From assembly GCA_035302425.1 (NCBI GenBank), contig DATGSQ010000013.1, positions 16,965-80,964 on the forward strand: a stretch of 64,000 bases of DNA, given 5' to 3'. This document shows positions 10,701-21,568 of the stretch, piece after piece. A program made the translations under genes and the position numbers. The first letter of the stretch is position 1. Every line of letters begins with the position of its first letter. The notes beneath the pieces were generated by a model. That model ran no database searches, was not told where the DNA came from, and saw nothing but the letters and a program-made list of their open reading frames with translations. The DNA is from Bacillota bacterium (GTDB lineage Bacteria; Bacillota; Bacilli; Bacillales; Amphibacillaceae).

Positions 10701-12053
10701 TTCAAACTTATCGATGACTTCACCACGATGTAATTTAACCCCAGCAATTTCGATAATCGTATCATAAACGGCTGAAAGACCTGTCGTTTCAACGTCAAAA
10801 ACAACATATGTTGCATCATTTAATGAAAGTTCAGCTTCGTTATAAACAATAGGTACACCATCATCAACTAAATTAGCCTCAAGACCGTAAATGACTTTTA
10901 AATCGTGCTGTTTACTCGCCATATGTGCTTCTGGAAACGCTTGGACGACTGCATGATCGGTAATTGCTATTGCTTCATGTCCCCACTTTTTTGCCTGTTT
11001 AATAAAATTACTTACTGAAACGACACCATCGAGTTGACTCATCGTTGTATGTGTATGTAATTCAATTCTTTTTTCTGAAGGATCAGCTTCATCCATTCGT
11101 TCAGCAACATTTACCGATTGAATGTCGTTGGCCATCATCGTCAATTGGTTCGAATAAGTATCTGTTTGAATGCGGCCCCGGGCTTTAATCCACATACCTT
11201 CTTTAACACGCTCAAGTTGTTCAACATGATCATCACCACGAGAGAACATTTTGATTTCTAATGAATCTGTATAGTCTGTCGCTTTTACGATTAACAAAAA
11301 GCGTTCTGATCTTAATTTTCTTAGCTCCACTGCAAAAACATGACCTTGTACCGTAACTCGGCGTTCCTCCTCAATAATTTGTTCCATTTGTAATGGTTCA
11401 TCATTAATGACTTGACCGATTACGAGTGGCCCGTTGTTATTCGTTTGATTGTTATCATTATTTCGTTTCACTTGTACTTCTCTTGTTTTTGCTGCTAGTT
11501 GTTTATCTTCTAACGCTTTTTCCTCGGCAAATTTAGCAAATTCTTCAGCCGAATTGTTCACATCAATCGTTAAAGCAACGGGTGGTAATCCAATATTTTT
11601 ACAAAAGGGTATAAAGGATTGGTCAATACGTTTTTTTAAAGCTACAGCTTCAGCATCATTTCTAGCTATTAAGGAAAAGTTGTTTCCATCGACTTTCGGT
11701 TGCTGATTCATTACGAGATCTTTTATCCCAGGAGATAAGCCATTTTTCGTTTGTAAAAACAATTGCCAATAGTCTATAAACATTTGTTCGTTTGCGATGT
11801 CGTTTATTACGTTTATCGTTAATTTAATCGTTGCAATTGACTGAAAAGCACTCGTTAATCGCTCTTTAAATTGTTTAAATACAGTTGCTGGGAGTGTTTG
11901 TTCAATCCGAATGTGGAAATGCCACGTTTTCGTCTGACGATAAACATCAAGGCGATCTAAAAAACTATTAGAAAAATACTCATCAATTAATTCCGTTGGC
12001 ATTTTTATTTGTTTAAGTAAAAGTATCAACTTTTCTTGTTTCGTAAGATCCAT
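7761..12053 (-). CDS. polC: DNA polymerase III PolC
   Basis: PHP domain (ELHTHT), inserted DEDDh exonuclease (FDVETTG), GSRGSVGSS, PDIDLNFSG. Confidence 0.98.
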   Translation of the reverse strand: MDLTKQEKLILLLKQIKMPTELIDEYFSNSFLDRLDVYRQTKTWHFHIRIEQTLPATVFKQFKERLTSAFQSIATIKLTINVINDIANEQMFIDYWQLFLQTKNGLSPGIKDLVMNQQPKVDGNNFSLIARNDAEAVALKKRIDQSFIPFCKNIGLPPVALTIDVNNSAEEFAKFAEEKALEDKQLAAKTREVQVKRNNDNNQTNNNGPLVIGQVINDEPLQMEQIIEEERRVTVQGHVFAVELRKLRSERFLLIVKATDYTDSLEIKMFSRGDDHVEQLERVKEGMWIKARGRIQTDTYSNQLTMMANDIQSVNVAERMDEADPSEKRIELHTHTTMSQLDGVVSVSNFIKQAKKWGHEAIAITDHAVVQAFPEAHMASKQHDLKVIYGLEANLVDDGVPIVYNEAELSLNDATYVVFDVETTGLSAVYDTIIEIAGVKLHRGEVIDKFESFANPHRPLPEIITEITGITDEMLVDAPEVDVVLHQFKEWAGDSVLVAHNATFDIGFLNQGYKQLDLETITQPVIDTLELARFLYPKLGNHRLNTLCKHLNVELVQHHRAIYDAEATAYLFWKFVQQLNEKDMTNLAQLNNHLDDTNAYQQSRPFHCTLLAQNETGLKNLYKLVSLSHTKYFYRVPRIPRSLLQQHREGLLVGSACDNGEVFEAVMQKTPDEAKKAIEFYDYLEVQPPETYIGLIERNVVETEAQILDILRKIVELGKEKDKIVVATGNVHYVDKHEKMFRRILIASQKGNPLNRQTQPDVHFRTTDEMLETFKFLGDDIAKEIVVTNTQKINEMINNISPLKKDLYTPKIDGAEEEVRQLTYGNAKKIYGDPLPEIVEKRLEKELSSIIGHGFAVIYLISHKLVHKSLLDGYLVGSRGSVGSSLVATMTEITEVNPLPPHYVCRQCHYNEFITDGSFASGYDLPNKNCPTCGEALIKDGQDIPFETFLGFEGDKVPDIDLNFSGEYQPKAHNYTKELFGEDNVYRAGTIGTIAERTAYGYVKGFAQDHDLHLKNAEIDRLVIGCSGVKRTTGQHPGGIIVVPQDKEIYDFTPVQFPADDQSSEWKTTHFDFHSIEDNLLKLDILGHDDPTVIRMLQDLTGIDPKKVPIDDEKVMSIFSSTRALDIKPEEIDCETGTLGVPEFGTSFVRQMLEETKPKSFAELVIISGLSHGTDVWLGNAQDLINDGICELSEVIGCRDDIMVYLMQQGLEASLAFSIMEHVRRGRGLKDEWISEMKNHGVPEWYIQSCKKIKYMFPKAHAAAYVLMAVRIAYFKVYYPIQFYAAYFSIRARDFELDTMTKGYDALKKRIAEIKEKGNDASPKEKNLLTVLQVALEMYARGFSFQKVDLYKSDATDFIVDHNSLIPPFNAVDGLGTNAALNIVNARKQGEFLSKEDLRERSKISKTVLDYLDRHGCLEGMAEENQLSLF

Positions 12054-12125
12054 TCATAATCCCCCTAGCAAATAATACATATTTTAAAAACGAATCGGAT
12101 CCATTTACTGGACTTGTTTAAATCG

Positions 12126-13400
12126 TTATAAAAACAGTCGTTGAATATCATTCCATGTGACGACAATCATTAATAACATGAGTAAAGCAAAGCCGATAAA
12201 ATGAACGAGACCTTCTTTTTGTGGGTCTACCGGCTTTCCACGCACAGCTTCAATACCGACGAACAAAAGTCGTCCACCATCAAGAGCTGGAAGGGGAACT
12301 AAATTAATAATTCCTAAATTTACACTTAACATTGCTGTCCACATAATAAAATTAACAAATCCTGTTTTAACGACTTGATCCGTCGCATCATAAATACCTA
12401 CTGGACCAGCAAGCATATCGATTGATAACTGACCAGTAATTAACATGAATAAACTTTGTAAAATTAATCTTGTCGTTTCATAGGTTTGGATAAATCCATA
12501 TTTAAAAGTTTTAATAAAGGATTTTTCAACCCCTTGATAAACACCAATTTGACCGATCGTAATTTCCGAACCATCAATATCAATCGCTTCTTGTGGCTGT
12601 GGAGTAACTTCAATATTCACCGTTTCGCCATTTCTAACGACAACCATTGCAAGGGGCTCGTTTGGATGTTCCCTAACAATCGATGTGAATGCTTTCCACG
12701 TTGAAATTGCTGTACCATCAATTTCAACAATTTCATCCTTCGCTTGAAAGCCTGCTGTATGTGCTGGACTATTTTCTACGATATCAGCGATAACTGCTTT
12801 TTCAGTAGGCGTGCCATGAATTAAACCTAAAATAATAAAAAGTGCTATTGCTAATAAAAAGTTCATTAGTGGACCAGCAAAAAGCTGCATCGCCCGTTGA
12901 CCGACTGTTTTTGATGCGAATTGTCGATCATAAGGTGCTATTTGTGTCTCCACTTCATCCATGACAAAAAAAGCTTGCCGATCAACTTTAAACGTTAATT
13001 TTTCATCATGTTCCCCTATTTCATAACCTTCTATAATTAATTCATGGTCAAGGTCAGTTCGTTCAACTTCTATGACACGAGCGTTCGGGTGCTTTGATTT
13101 ATTATTAACGATAATTTTTTGCACAAGTCCTTGCTCATTAAATTCTAATCCAATATGATGACCTGCTCTTAATTTAATGATTTCAGGATCTTCACCGGCA
13201 ACACGCACATAACCACCAATTGGAAGCAAGCGAATTGTATATACCGTTTCATCTCTTTTAAAGGAAAACATTTTCGGGCCAAAACCAATCGCAAATTCAC
13301 GTACTAACATTCCTGCACGTTTTGCGAAAATTAAATGCCCGAATTCATGAACAAACACGAGTAAGCCAAACATAAAAATAAACGCAATGACTGTTTTCAA
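12126..13400 (-). CDS. rseP: RIP metalloprotease RseP/RasP
   Basis: HEFGH, PDZ domain, NLVPLPALDGG; probable TTG start after GGAGG. Confidence 0.95.
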   Translation of the reverse strand: MKTVIAFIFMFGLLVFVHEFGHLIFAKRAGMLVREFAIGFGPKMFSFKRDETVYTIRLLPIGGYVRVAGEDPEIIKLRAGHHIGLEFNEQGLVQKIIVNNKSKHPNARVIEVERTDLDHELIIEGYEIGEHDEKLTFKVDRQAFFVMDEVETQIAPYDRQFASKTVGQRAMQLFAGPLMNFLLAIALFIILGLIHGTPTEKAVIADIVENSPAHTAGFQAKDEIVEIDGTAISTWKAFTSIVREHPNEPLAMVVVRNGETVNIEVTPQPQEAIDIDGSEITIGQIGVYQGVEKSFIKTFKYGFIQTYETTRLILQSLFMLITGQLSIDMLAGPVGIYDATDQVVKTGFVNFIMWTAMLSVNLGIINLVPLPALDGGRLLFVGIEAVRGKPVDPQKEGLVHFIGFALLMLLMIVVTWNDIQRLFL

Positions 13401-13449
13401 AATAAGCACCCTCCTAGCTAATGCCAGCTTTAACTATTTCAAAAAATGT

Positions 13450-14229
13450 TTAAATAAATTGGATAATGTATAAAATGGGTAAAACAAATAACAAACTGTC
13501 GAGTCGATCAAGAATACCACCATGACCAGGTAATATGTTACCAGAATCTTTCACACCGTAATGGCGTTTATATGCAGAAGCGACGAGATCACCAACTTGA
13601 CCAAAGATTGAAATGATAATTGCTACAACGATAATCGAGTATATAGGGATAGAAAAGGGATAAACAAGTTGGAAAATAATTGCGATCACAACAGCAGATA
13701 CTAGTCCACCAATTGCTCCCTCGATCGTTTTGTTCGGGCTAATTTTCGGCCAAAGTTTTCGCCTACCAAGCGCATAACCCGTGAAATATGCGCCGGTGTC
13801 TGTCGCCCATATCGTAAACAAAATAAATAGTAAATAATTTAATCCGAGTAACCGAGTGTGTATAAAAAAATAAAAGCCCATACTTATATATATTAATGTT
13901 ATGACAATAAATCCTACTTCAGTAAATGTAAATTTATTTTCTGTTATAACCGTGTAAATGAGCAACAATATAGCTAAAATTATTAAAACATTAGTTTTTG
14001 GCAATGATGTAAGTTGAATTTGTTCGGGTAATAAAATTAACCATAAACTTATCGTTCCTAAAATTGTCGGAATTAAAAACAATTTTTGCGTCTTGTACAT
14101 TTTCAGTAACTCAAATAAACCAATTGTCGCCATAACATATGTTAATGCGATAAATGGCCAATCTCCGTACAATATAATTGGTATGAACACAATTAATGCT
14201 ATAACAGCTGTAATAATTCGCTGTTTCAT
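13450..14229 (-). CDS. cdsA: phosphatidate cytidylyltransferase
   Basis: [28 protein letters not shown]. Confidence 0.97.
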   Translation of the reverse strand: MKQRIITAVIALIVFIPIILYGDWPFIALTYVMATIGLFELLKMYKTQKLFLIPTILGTISLWLILLPEQIQLTSLPKTNVLIILAILLLIYTVITENKFTFTEVGFIVITLIYISMGFYFFIHTRLLGLNYLLFILFTIWATDTGAYFTGYALGRRKLWPKISPNKTIEGAIGGLVSAVVIAIIFQLVYPFSIPIYSIIVVAIIISIFGQVGDLVASAYKRHYGVKDSGNILPGHGGILDRLDSLLFVLPILYIIQFI

Positions 14230-14987
14230 TTTGAAATCCCACCATATCTTCGTGTTCTTTTTTCATAATCATATAATGCTTGCATAAAAACTGTCTTATT
14301 AAAATCAGGCCACAAAACATCAGTAAACCAAAATTCAGTATAAGCTAATTGCCATAATAAAAAATTACTTAAACGTTGTTCCCCACTTGTACGAATTAAT
14401 AAATCAGGATCACTAATATTGTTTGTATACAAATATTTAGAAAAATGTTGTTCATCAAGAGAATCAAGGGATAAGCGATCCCCATTAATATCAGAAACGA
14501 TTTGTTTAATCGCACGGATAATTTCATTTCGACCGCCGTAGTTAAAAGCAAAATTTAATAATAAACCATCATTATCTTTCGTTTTATTTATAGCATGTTC
14601 AACCGCTTTTTGTGTGATGGGTGGTATTTGTTTAAGATCACCAATAACAGATACTTTAACATTGTTTTCCATCAACTCAGGTAAATAGTTGTTCAAAAAA
14701 AGTTTTGGTATTTTCATTAAATATTCTACTTCAGCTGGTGGCCTTTTCCAATTTTCTGTTGAAAAAGCATACAATGTTAAAATTTTTATTTTTAGCTGGG
14801 CTGCTACTTTCGTTATTTCTCGAACAGTATTCATACCTTCTTTATGACCTGCAATTCTTGGTAAGCCACGCTTTTGTGCCCAACGACCGTTACCATCCAT
14901 AATAACCGCGACATGATTAGGCAAATTGACTAATTGAGCAGTTTTAATATCTTTTGTTTTTTCATTTTTAAAAAATGGAAGTTTCAT
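14226..14987 (-). CDS. uppS: undecaprenyl diphosphate synthase
   Basis: [39 protein letters not shown]. Confidence 0.97.
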   Translation of the reverse strand: MKLPFFKNEKTKDIKTAQLVNLPNHVAVIMDGNGRWAQKRGLPRIAGHKEGMNTVREITKVAAQLKIKILTLYAFSTENWKRPPAEVEYLMKIPKLFLNNYLPELMENNVKVSVIGDLKQIPPITQKAVEHAINKTKDNDGLLLNFAFNYGGRNEIIRAIKQIVSDINGDRLSLDSLDEQHFSKYLYTNNISDPDLLIRTSGEQRLSNFLLWQLAYTEFWFTDVLWPDFNKTVFMQALYDYEKRTRRYGGISK

Positions 14988-15129
14988 TGACTTATTGTCC
15001 TCCACATACTGTTAATTAAAAAATGACATAAGTAGTCATCCAAGTTAAATAAATAACAGTAGTTTTAATATTGTACTTTTTAAATGATGAGTCTTTATTA
15101 TATCATTATAAAAGAAAAAAATTAACAAG

Positions 15130-15161
15130 AAAATAAAAGCCCACTCATCAACTAGGTGGGC
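15130..15161 (-). terminator. terminator after frr
   Basis: GCCCAC/GTGGGC stem with a U-rich tail on the minus strand. Confidence 0.65.
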
Positions 15162-15191
15162 AAAAGTCGAGCACATAAGAAGTTAATTTTA

Positions 15192-15746
15192 TTATACTTC
15201 CATAATTTCTTCTTCTTTATTTTTTGCTAATTCTTCAATCTTTTCAATATATGCATCTGTTTCTTTTTGGACATTATTTTCTGCCGTTCTTAATTCATCT
15301 TCTGTCAATTCACCGCTTTTTTCTGCTTTTCGGTACGCTTCATTCGCTTCACGACGGGCATTACGTACTTGAATACGTGCTTCTTCTGCGTATTTGCCGA
15401 CGATACGTGTTAATTCTTTACGTCTTTCTTCTGTTAATGCAGGGATGTTGATTCGGATAACATTTCCATCATTTGATGGTGTTAAGCCTAAGTCCGCTTT
15501 TAAAATAGCTTTCTCAACATTGTCAATCGCTGATTTATCAAAGGGTGTTACAACAAGTAAGCGTGCTTCCGGTGCTGAAACAGTAGCTAATTGATTAAGT
15601 GGTGTATAAGTTCCATAATACTCAACAGTAACCGTATCTAACAAACTCGTGTTCGCTCGCCCCGCTCTAACTGTCGCCAAATTTCTTGTAAAAGCTTGAA
15701 TCGATTGTTCCATTTTTTCGCGCATTTGTTTCATATATTCAGCCAT
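15192..15746 (-). CDS. frr: ribosome recycling factor
   Basis: [19 protein letters not shown]. Confidence 0.98.
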   Translation of the reverse strand: MAEYMKQMREKMEQSIQAFTRNLATVRAGRANTSLLDTVTVEYYGTYTPLNQLATVSAPEARLLVVTPFDKSAIDNVEKAILKADLGLTPSNDGNVIRINIPALTEERRKELTRIVGKYAEEARIQVRNARREANEAYRKAEKSGELTEDELRTAENNVQKETDAYIEKIEELAKNKEEEIMEV

Positions 15747-15747
15747 C

Positions 15748-16538
<791 letters not shown>

Positions 16539-16548
16539 ACATAAACAA

Positions 16549-17436
16549 TTAATTCTTTTTCATTTGACTCATGACTTCTTCAGCAAAATCTTCTTCTCGT
16601 TTTTCCATACCTTCGCCAACTTCATAGCGCACGAAGGTTTTAACAGTTGCATCGTTTTGTTTGACGAACTTTTCAACGGTTACATCGGGATCTTTAACGA
16701 AGCTTTGTTCGAGTAAGCAAATTTCCTCATAAAATTTACCTAAGCGACCTTCAACCATCTTTTCAACGATATGTTCTGGTTTACCTTCGTTAAGGGCTTG
16801 TGTTTTTAAAACTTCTCTTTCACGGTTAACTTCTTCTTCAGATACTTCATCACGGCTAGTATATTTTGGATTTACCGCTGCAACATGCATCGCAACGTCT
16901 TTAGCAACATCTTCCTTTGCTGCACCTTCAAGAAGTGTTAATACGCCGATACGTCCACCCATATGTGTATACTCACCAAAGGTATCTGAATCTTCTTTTT
17001 CTAAAAGAACGAAGCGGCGTAAAGAAATTTTTTCACCGATTTTAGCAATCATTGAGTTAATATAAGCTTCTAACGTTTCATTAGTATTTGCATAAGTTTG
17101 TGCTAAAGCTTCTTCTAAATCTTTTGGATCGTTATTAATAATATGTTCACCAATATTAACTAATAGATTTTGGAACTCTTCATTTTTCGTAACAAAGTCT
17201 GTTTCACAGTTCACTTCAATTAAAACAGCTTTATTACCGTCGATTTTAATGTAAGTTGAACCTTCAGCAGCAATACGGTCAGCTTTTTTCGCTGCTTGTG
17301 CTACACCAGTTTCACGTAAGTAATCAATCGCTTTTTCAATATCACCGTTTGTTTCTTCAAGTGCCTTTTTACAATCCATCATTCCTGCACCTGTACGATC
17401 ACGTAATTCTTTAACCATTTTAGCAGTAATAGCCAT
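16549..17436 (-). CDS. tsf: elongation factor Ts
   Basis: [28 protein letters not shown]. Confidence 0.98.
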   Translation of the reverse strand: MAITAKMVKELRDRTGAGMMDCKKALEETNGDIEKAIDYLRETGVAQAAKKADRIAAEGSTYIKIDGNKAVLIEVNCETDFVTKNEEFQNLLVNIGEHIINNDPKDLEEALAQTYANTNETLEAYINSMIAKIGEKISLRRFVLLEKEDSDTFGEYTHMGGRIGVLTLLEGAAKEDVAKDVAMHVAAVNPKYTSRDEVSEEEVNREREVLKTQALNEGKPEHIVEKMVEGRLGKFYEEICLLEQSFVKDPDVTVEKFVKQNDATVKTFVRYEVGEGMEKREEDFAEEVMSQMKKN

Positions 17437-17487
17437 ACATGTATCCTCCTAAATTTATTTATGTGTCTTATTAAATCGACTGTCTAG

Positions 17488-17525
17488 AAAAAAGGTGATA
17501 AAAGGTTGCTACCCTTATCACCTTT
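17488..17525 (-). terminator. hairpin/terminator between rpsB and tsf
   Basis: AAAGGTGATAA/TTATCACCTTT stem plus U-tract. Confidence 0.7.
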
Positions 17526-17545
17526 AAGAACAAACATATGTTCAA

Positions 17546-18358
17546 TTACTCAGCTTGTTCAGAAACTTCTTCAGTCTCTTTTTCTTCAACTTGTTCTTTT
17601 TTATCATCTTGAGCAACCGCTTTTTGCTCTTGAGCAACTTTTTCTTCCGTTACTTGTTCAGCTTCCTCAGCTTGGCTACCTTGTTTACCTTCTAAAACCG
17701 CATCCGCCATTTTTGAAGTGAGCAATTTAATGGCACGAATAGCATCGTCATTAGCTGGGATGACATAATCGATTTCATCAGGGTCACAGTTCGTGTCTAC
17801 GATACCGATAATTGGAATATTTAACTTTCGCGCTTCAGCTACCGCGATATTTTCTTTACGTGGATCAATAATAAATACGGCATCTGGTAATTTATTCATT
17901 TCTTTAATACCGCCGAGAAACTTAACAAGACGGTCTTTTTCACGAAGTAACTCGACAACTTCACGTTTAGGAAGAACTTCAAATGTACCATCTTCTTCCA
18001 TCTTTTCAATCTCTTTTAGACGGTTAATGCTTTTACGAATAGTTTTGAAGTTTGTTAATGTTCCACCAAGCCAACGCTGGTTAACGTAAAACATACCTGC
18101 CCGTGTTGCTTCCTCATATACTGTATTTTGAGCTTGCTTTTTTGTTCCAACAAAAAGAACTGTACCATCGTTAGCGGCTAAATCTCTCACGAATTTATAC
18201 GCTTCATTTACTTTTTTGACTGTTTTTTGTAAATCAATAATGTAAATGCCGTTACGTTCTGTAAAAATATACTTTTTCATCTTCGGATTCCAACGACGTG
18301 TTTGATGTCCGAAGTGAACTCCAGCTTCTAAAAGCTGTTTCATTGAAATGACTGACAT
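17546..18358 (-). CDS. rpsB: 30S ribosomal protein S2
   Basis: [27 protein letters not shown]; SD GGAGG sets the start at 18358. Confidence 0.98.
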   Translation of the reverse strand: MSVISMKQLLEAGVHFGHQTRRWNPKMKKYIFTERNGIYIIDLQKTVKKVNEAYKFVRDLAANDGTVLFVGTKKQAQNTVYEEATRAGMFYVNQRWLGGTLTNFKTIRKSINRLKEIEKMEEDGTFEVLPKREVVELLREKDRLVKFLGGIKEMNKLPDAVFIIDPRKENIAVAEARKLNIPIIGIVDTNCDPDEIDYVIPANDDAIRAIKLLTSKMADAVLEGKQGSQAEEAEQVTEEKVAQEQKAVAQDDKKEQVEEKETEEVSEQAE

Positions 18359-18384
18359 ATTTTTTTCCTCCCAATTTGGTTTTA

Positions 18385-18460
18385 ATCCTCCGCTTAGATC
18401 ATTTTTAAGCATATACCATTGTTAGGCACCGTATGCTCAAATCGCTAAACGTGTGTGATT
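18385..18460 (-). ncRNA. rpsB (S2) leader RNA
   Basis: ACACACG...GGUGC...GCGGAGG pattern typical of the conserved rpsB 5' UTR. Confidence 0.75.
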
Positions 18461-18486
18461 ATAAAATTTTAATTTCACCAAAAACA

Positions 18487-18515
18487 AATATAACATATCG
18501 TTATTAGACAATCAA
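18487..18515 (-). promoter_or_regulatory. sigmaA promoter of rpsB-tsf
   Basis: TTGATT-17 bp-TATATT with extended TG. Confidence 0.65.
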
Positions 18516-18523
18516 GAAATAAA

Positions 18524-18985
18524 TCATTCATTATGTTGAAAACGTAAAATTAATTCAACTTCCGTTTTGCCACAATTTAATGTTTGAGCAATTTCCTCTT
18601 TAGTTAGTCCTTTTTCATACAAATGTAAAATTTGCCCATGTAGTGACGGCTCATACTTATCTTCAACTGTATGATTTAATAACGATGATTCGTTTCTATT
18701 TTGGTTTTCGACGTTTTTTGTAATAGATATTCGTTCAGGTTGTATTTCAACATGTTTTTGTTGTTCTAAGTTTTTATCCTTTGCTACGACGGTCGGCTTT
18801 GTATTTTTAATATTTTCGTGGAGCCGTTCATTTTCTTCTTTAATAGCGAAGAGAGTTTGTTCGAGAAGTTCTTTGACATCTGGAAGATTTAACTCATGAA
18901 GTGATTGAAAACGTTTATATATAAAATAAATTAAAAATAATGTAACAATGTGTAAGACTATACTTATGATTATAAATGTTTTCAC
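18524..18985 (-). CDS. swrB: SwrB (YlxL)-like single-pass membrane protein
   Basis: N-terminal TM helix, coiled coil, C-terminal EEIAQTLNCGKTEVELIL; last gene of the fla/che operon. Confidence 0.75.
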   Translation of the reverse strand: MKTFIIISIVLHIVTLFLIYFIYKRFQSLHELNLPDVKELLEQTLFAIKEENERLHENIKNTKPTVVAKDKNLEQQKHVEIQPERISITKNVENQNRNESSLLNHTVEDKYEPSLHGQILHLYEKGLTKEEIAQTLNCGKTEVELILRFQHNE

Positions 18986-18999
18986 TATAGATACTCCTT

Positions 19000-19320
19000 C
19001 TAACGACTAAAATCGATATGTTGACCAAGATATGGATGTGTAATGGTAGGTGTTTGTTTTTCATCTTTCGTTGATTTTTGATCGTCTTGATCATCATGGG
19101 ATTTTTGTTGCTGTTCGTTTTTTTCATCAGGCATTACTTTTTTACCCATCGTTTCCTCAAACTCACGCACTTGTCGACGCTTAATGATTTCCTCTCGTAA
19201 TTGATGTTGGGTTAATGTCTCTTGAAACCGTTGATTTTGTTTTGACATCTGTTCTTGTAATTGACCAGCGTCTTGTGTACGTGGTAAAGCCACTTGTAGT
19301 TCGACTGACTTCCAGCTCAC
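19000..19320 (-). CDS. conserved hypothetical flagellar-operon protein
   Basis: GTG start with SD AAAGGTG; ELQVALPR N-terminus, Q/E-rich middle, HPYLGQHIDFSR C-terminus. Confidence 0.75.
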   Translation of the reverse strand: MSWKSVELQVALPRTQDAGQLQEQMSKQNQRFQETLTQHQLREEIIKRRQVREFEETMGKKVMPDEKNEQQQKSHDDQDDQKSTKDEKQTPTITHPYLGQHIDFSR

Positions 19321-19360
19321 GTACGATCACACCTTTCATTACTTTTTCATCAAATGCGAA

Positions 19361-20740
19361 TTAATTTGCGTGTATGACAATTTCGTTCCCTTCTATTGTA
19401 ACATAAACATAACTTGATTCGGCCTGAAAATTACGTTTATATTTCCCAAAAGAAACGATTACTTGGGGATATAATGTTTGTCTGACGACAAGTTTCGGTC
19501 GATCAATAGTTTTTATTTTTTCATCGAGTACTTGCATGTTGTTCATTACTCGTTTAAGTTGGTCATTTGTCTGAATGAGTGATTGGCGTTGTTTTTTAAA
19601 CATTTCACGAATTTGTGGATTGTTTAATAAATTTTTATCTGTTAACTTATCACCAATCTTTTTTAATTGTGTTAATCTCTGTTCCAGCTGTTCCTTTTCG
19701 TTAAGTAACTTTTCTTTTTCTGCATAATAATCAATAGCTAATGTAAAATTAATTTCTGTTTTCGTACTTAATCGGTTGCCAACATCCTTTGCTTCAATTA
19801 TTTGACTTGCAGTAATTGACCCACCGATGATGCTTCCTACTTTACATATTACTTCATTTGCCGCAACGCATACACTATGGACGATTGACTGTTCAACATA
19901 AATGGATCCTTTCGTTTGAACGTTTCCTTGGTTTATATAACCTATATGAACATCGCCACTAGCCTTAATTTTCCCTTTTTGTAAACCCGCAAAACCTTCC
20001 GAAATAAAAACTGACCCACCGGCTTCAATTTGAGCGGCTTCAACAATACCGAAAATTTTTACATCGCCACCAGCTTTTACTTCATACCCTGTCGGAACAT
20101 CTCCACGAATAACGACAGACCCTACAAAGTTTATGTTACCTGTTTTCATCGACAAACTTTCATTAATTTCATAAACAGGATGAACTTCTATTAAATAATC
20201 ATCAATACTAATTTGTCCTTCACTTGTTGCATAAAACGATTGATCACTTTCTTTATAAACGACGTTTTTTCCAGCACGTGTTAAGACAGATTTTCCAGGT
20301 TTATGCCGGATTTGTTTACCATAAATGTTCTTTCCGTCTTTTCCTTTTACAGGATCAACAATTGTTGCCAGCTTTTCCCCTTCTTTAACCGTAGGAATAC
20401 GGATAACATCACGAAAGTTAATTTTTTCATCAGGAGATACTTTTATTTTTTCGTCCATTTCGACATCATATACAATATAGCCATCTGTTCCATCAACAGG
20501 TTCTTCACCTTTGGCTATCGTTAAAGGGAAATTGATGGAAGAAACATTCTTCGTTAAGCGTTGAACGGCTTGTTCATTAATACCATAAACAATCTTATGT
20601 TCTTGTAAAAACGTCATTAATTCGTCTTCTGTTATTTTGTGAGCCTGTGCTAGCTTTACGTCTGGGCAATTTATTGTCGCCAACATCGCATCATCTATAA
20701 TGTCAATTGTAAAAACTTTTTTAACTTTTTCATGTGACAT
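19361..20740 (-). CDS. DUF342 / FapA family flagellar assembly protein
   Basis: IAKGEEPVDGTDG, TGNINFVGSVVIRGDV beta-helix repeats, C-terminal coiled coil. Confidence 0.85.
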   Translation of the reverse strand: MSHEKVKKVFTIDIIDDAMLATINCPDVKLAQAHKITEDELMTFLQEHKIVYGINEQAVQRLTKNVSSINFPLTIAKGEEPVDGTDGYIVYDVEMDEKIKVSPDEKINFRDVIRIPTVKEGEKLATIVDPVKGKDGKNIYGKQIRHKPGKSVLTRAGKNVVYKESDQSFYATSEGQISIDDYLIEVHPVYEINESLSMKTGNINFVGSVVIRGDVPTGYEVKAGGDVKIFGIVEAAQIEAGGSVFISEGFAGLQKGKIKASGDVHIGYINQGNVQTKGSIYVEQSIVHSVCVAANEVICKVGSIIGGSITASQIIEAKDVGNRLSTKTEINFTLAIDYYAEKEKLLNEKEQLEQRLTQLKKIGDKLTDKNLLNNPQIREMFKKQRQSLIQTNDQLKRVMNNMQVLDEKIKTIDRPKLVVRQTLYPQVIVSFGKYKRNFQAESSYVYVTIEGNEIVIHAN

Positions 20741-20763
20741 AATATCGTTTCCCCCTTATTTTT

Positions 20764-21540
20764 TTATATATTTAATGACAAGTCTTTTAAAGTATCTTTC
20801 ATTTTATATAAAGCTTGCTTATGAATTTGTGAAATTCGTGAAGTAGTTAAGTTAAGCACTTCACCAATTTCTGTCATCGTTAATTCATCATGGTAAAATA
20901 GACTAATGACAAGTTGCTCATTTTTATTTAATAGTTGTATTGCTTTAGCAACTTCCTGTTTCATTTCTAATTTGACAAGTTGTTCATCAGGCGTTTCATT
21001 TTCTTTATCAGGTATGATATAACCAATTCCCTCTGGTTCTTCATCATTTGTATCAGTTGTCCGTTGATCAATCGATAAAACATTTGCAAAAAGTGAGTTT
21101 TTTACCGTTTCTTCAACTTCAGCAGGTGTCATATTTAATTGTTTAGCAATTTCGGAAGGTGTTGGTTTTCGTTGTAATTTTTGTTCAAGCTGATCAGATG
21201 TTTGTTCAACTTGTTTCGTTTTTTCTCTTAATGACCGGGGCAACCAGTCTTCCCTTCGTAGCCCATCGATAATTGAACCTCTTATTCGAAAGGAAGCGTA
21301 AGTATCAAATTTCAGTTTACGACTAGGTTCAAATTTTTTAATCGCATCAAAGAGACCCATATAAGCTAAACTTACAAGATCGTCTTTTTGTACTGATTTT
21401 GGCAAATGCGCTGAGAGACGATCAACATGAAAACTTACTAAATAGTTATATTGTTTCACAAGTTCATTGGCCGCATCCATATCCTGGTTACTTAGCCATT
21501 TATCCCACAATTTTTTGTTAGGAGATGTCGTCATTGTCAT
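20764..21540 (-). CDS. sigD: RNA polymerase sigma-D (FliA/WhiG)
   Basis: KFDTYASFRIRGSIIDGLRREDWLPRS; region 4 EIGEVLNLTTSRISQIH. Confidence 0.96.
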   Translation of the reverse strand: MTMTTSPNKKLWDKWLSNQDMDAANELVKQYNYLVSFHVDRLSAHLPKSVQKDDLVSLAYMGLFDAIKKFEPSRKLKFDTYASFRIRGSIIDGLRREDWLPRSLREKTKQVEQTSDQLEQKLQRKPTPSEIAKQLNMTPAEVEETVKNSLFANVLSIDQRTTDTNDEEPEGIGYIIPDKENETPDEQLVKLEMKQEVAKAIQLLNKNEQLVISLFYHDELTMTEIGEVLNLTTSRISQIHKQALYKMKDTLKDLSLNI

Positions 21541-21568
21541 TTGATCACTCCTCATCACTCAAAGCAAA

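Noticed and set aside
7761-12053. Possible intein or insertion in polC
   Set aside because: 1430 aa is the normal PolC size; the inserted exonuclease domain is a standard PolC feature; no intein or homing-endonuclease motifs seen
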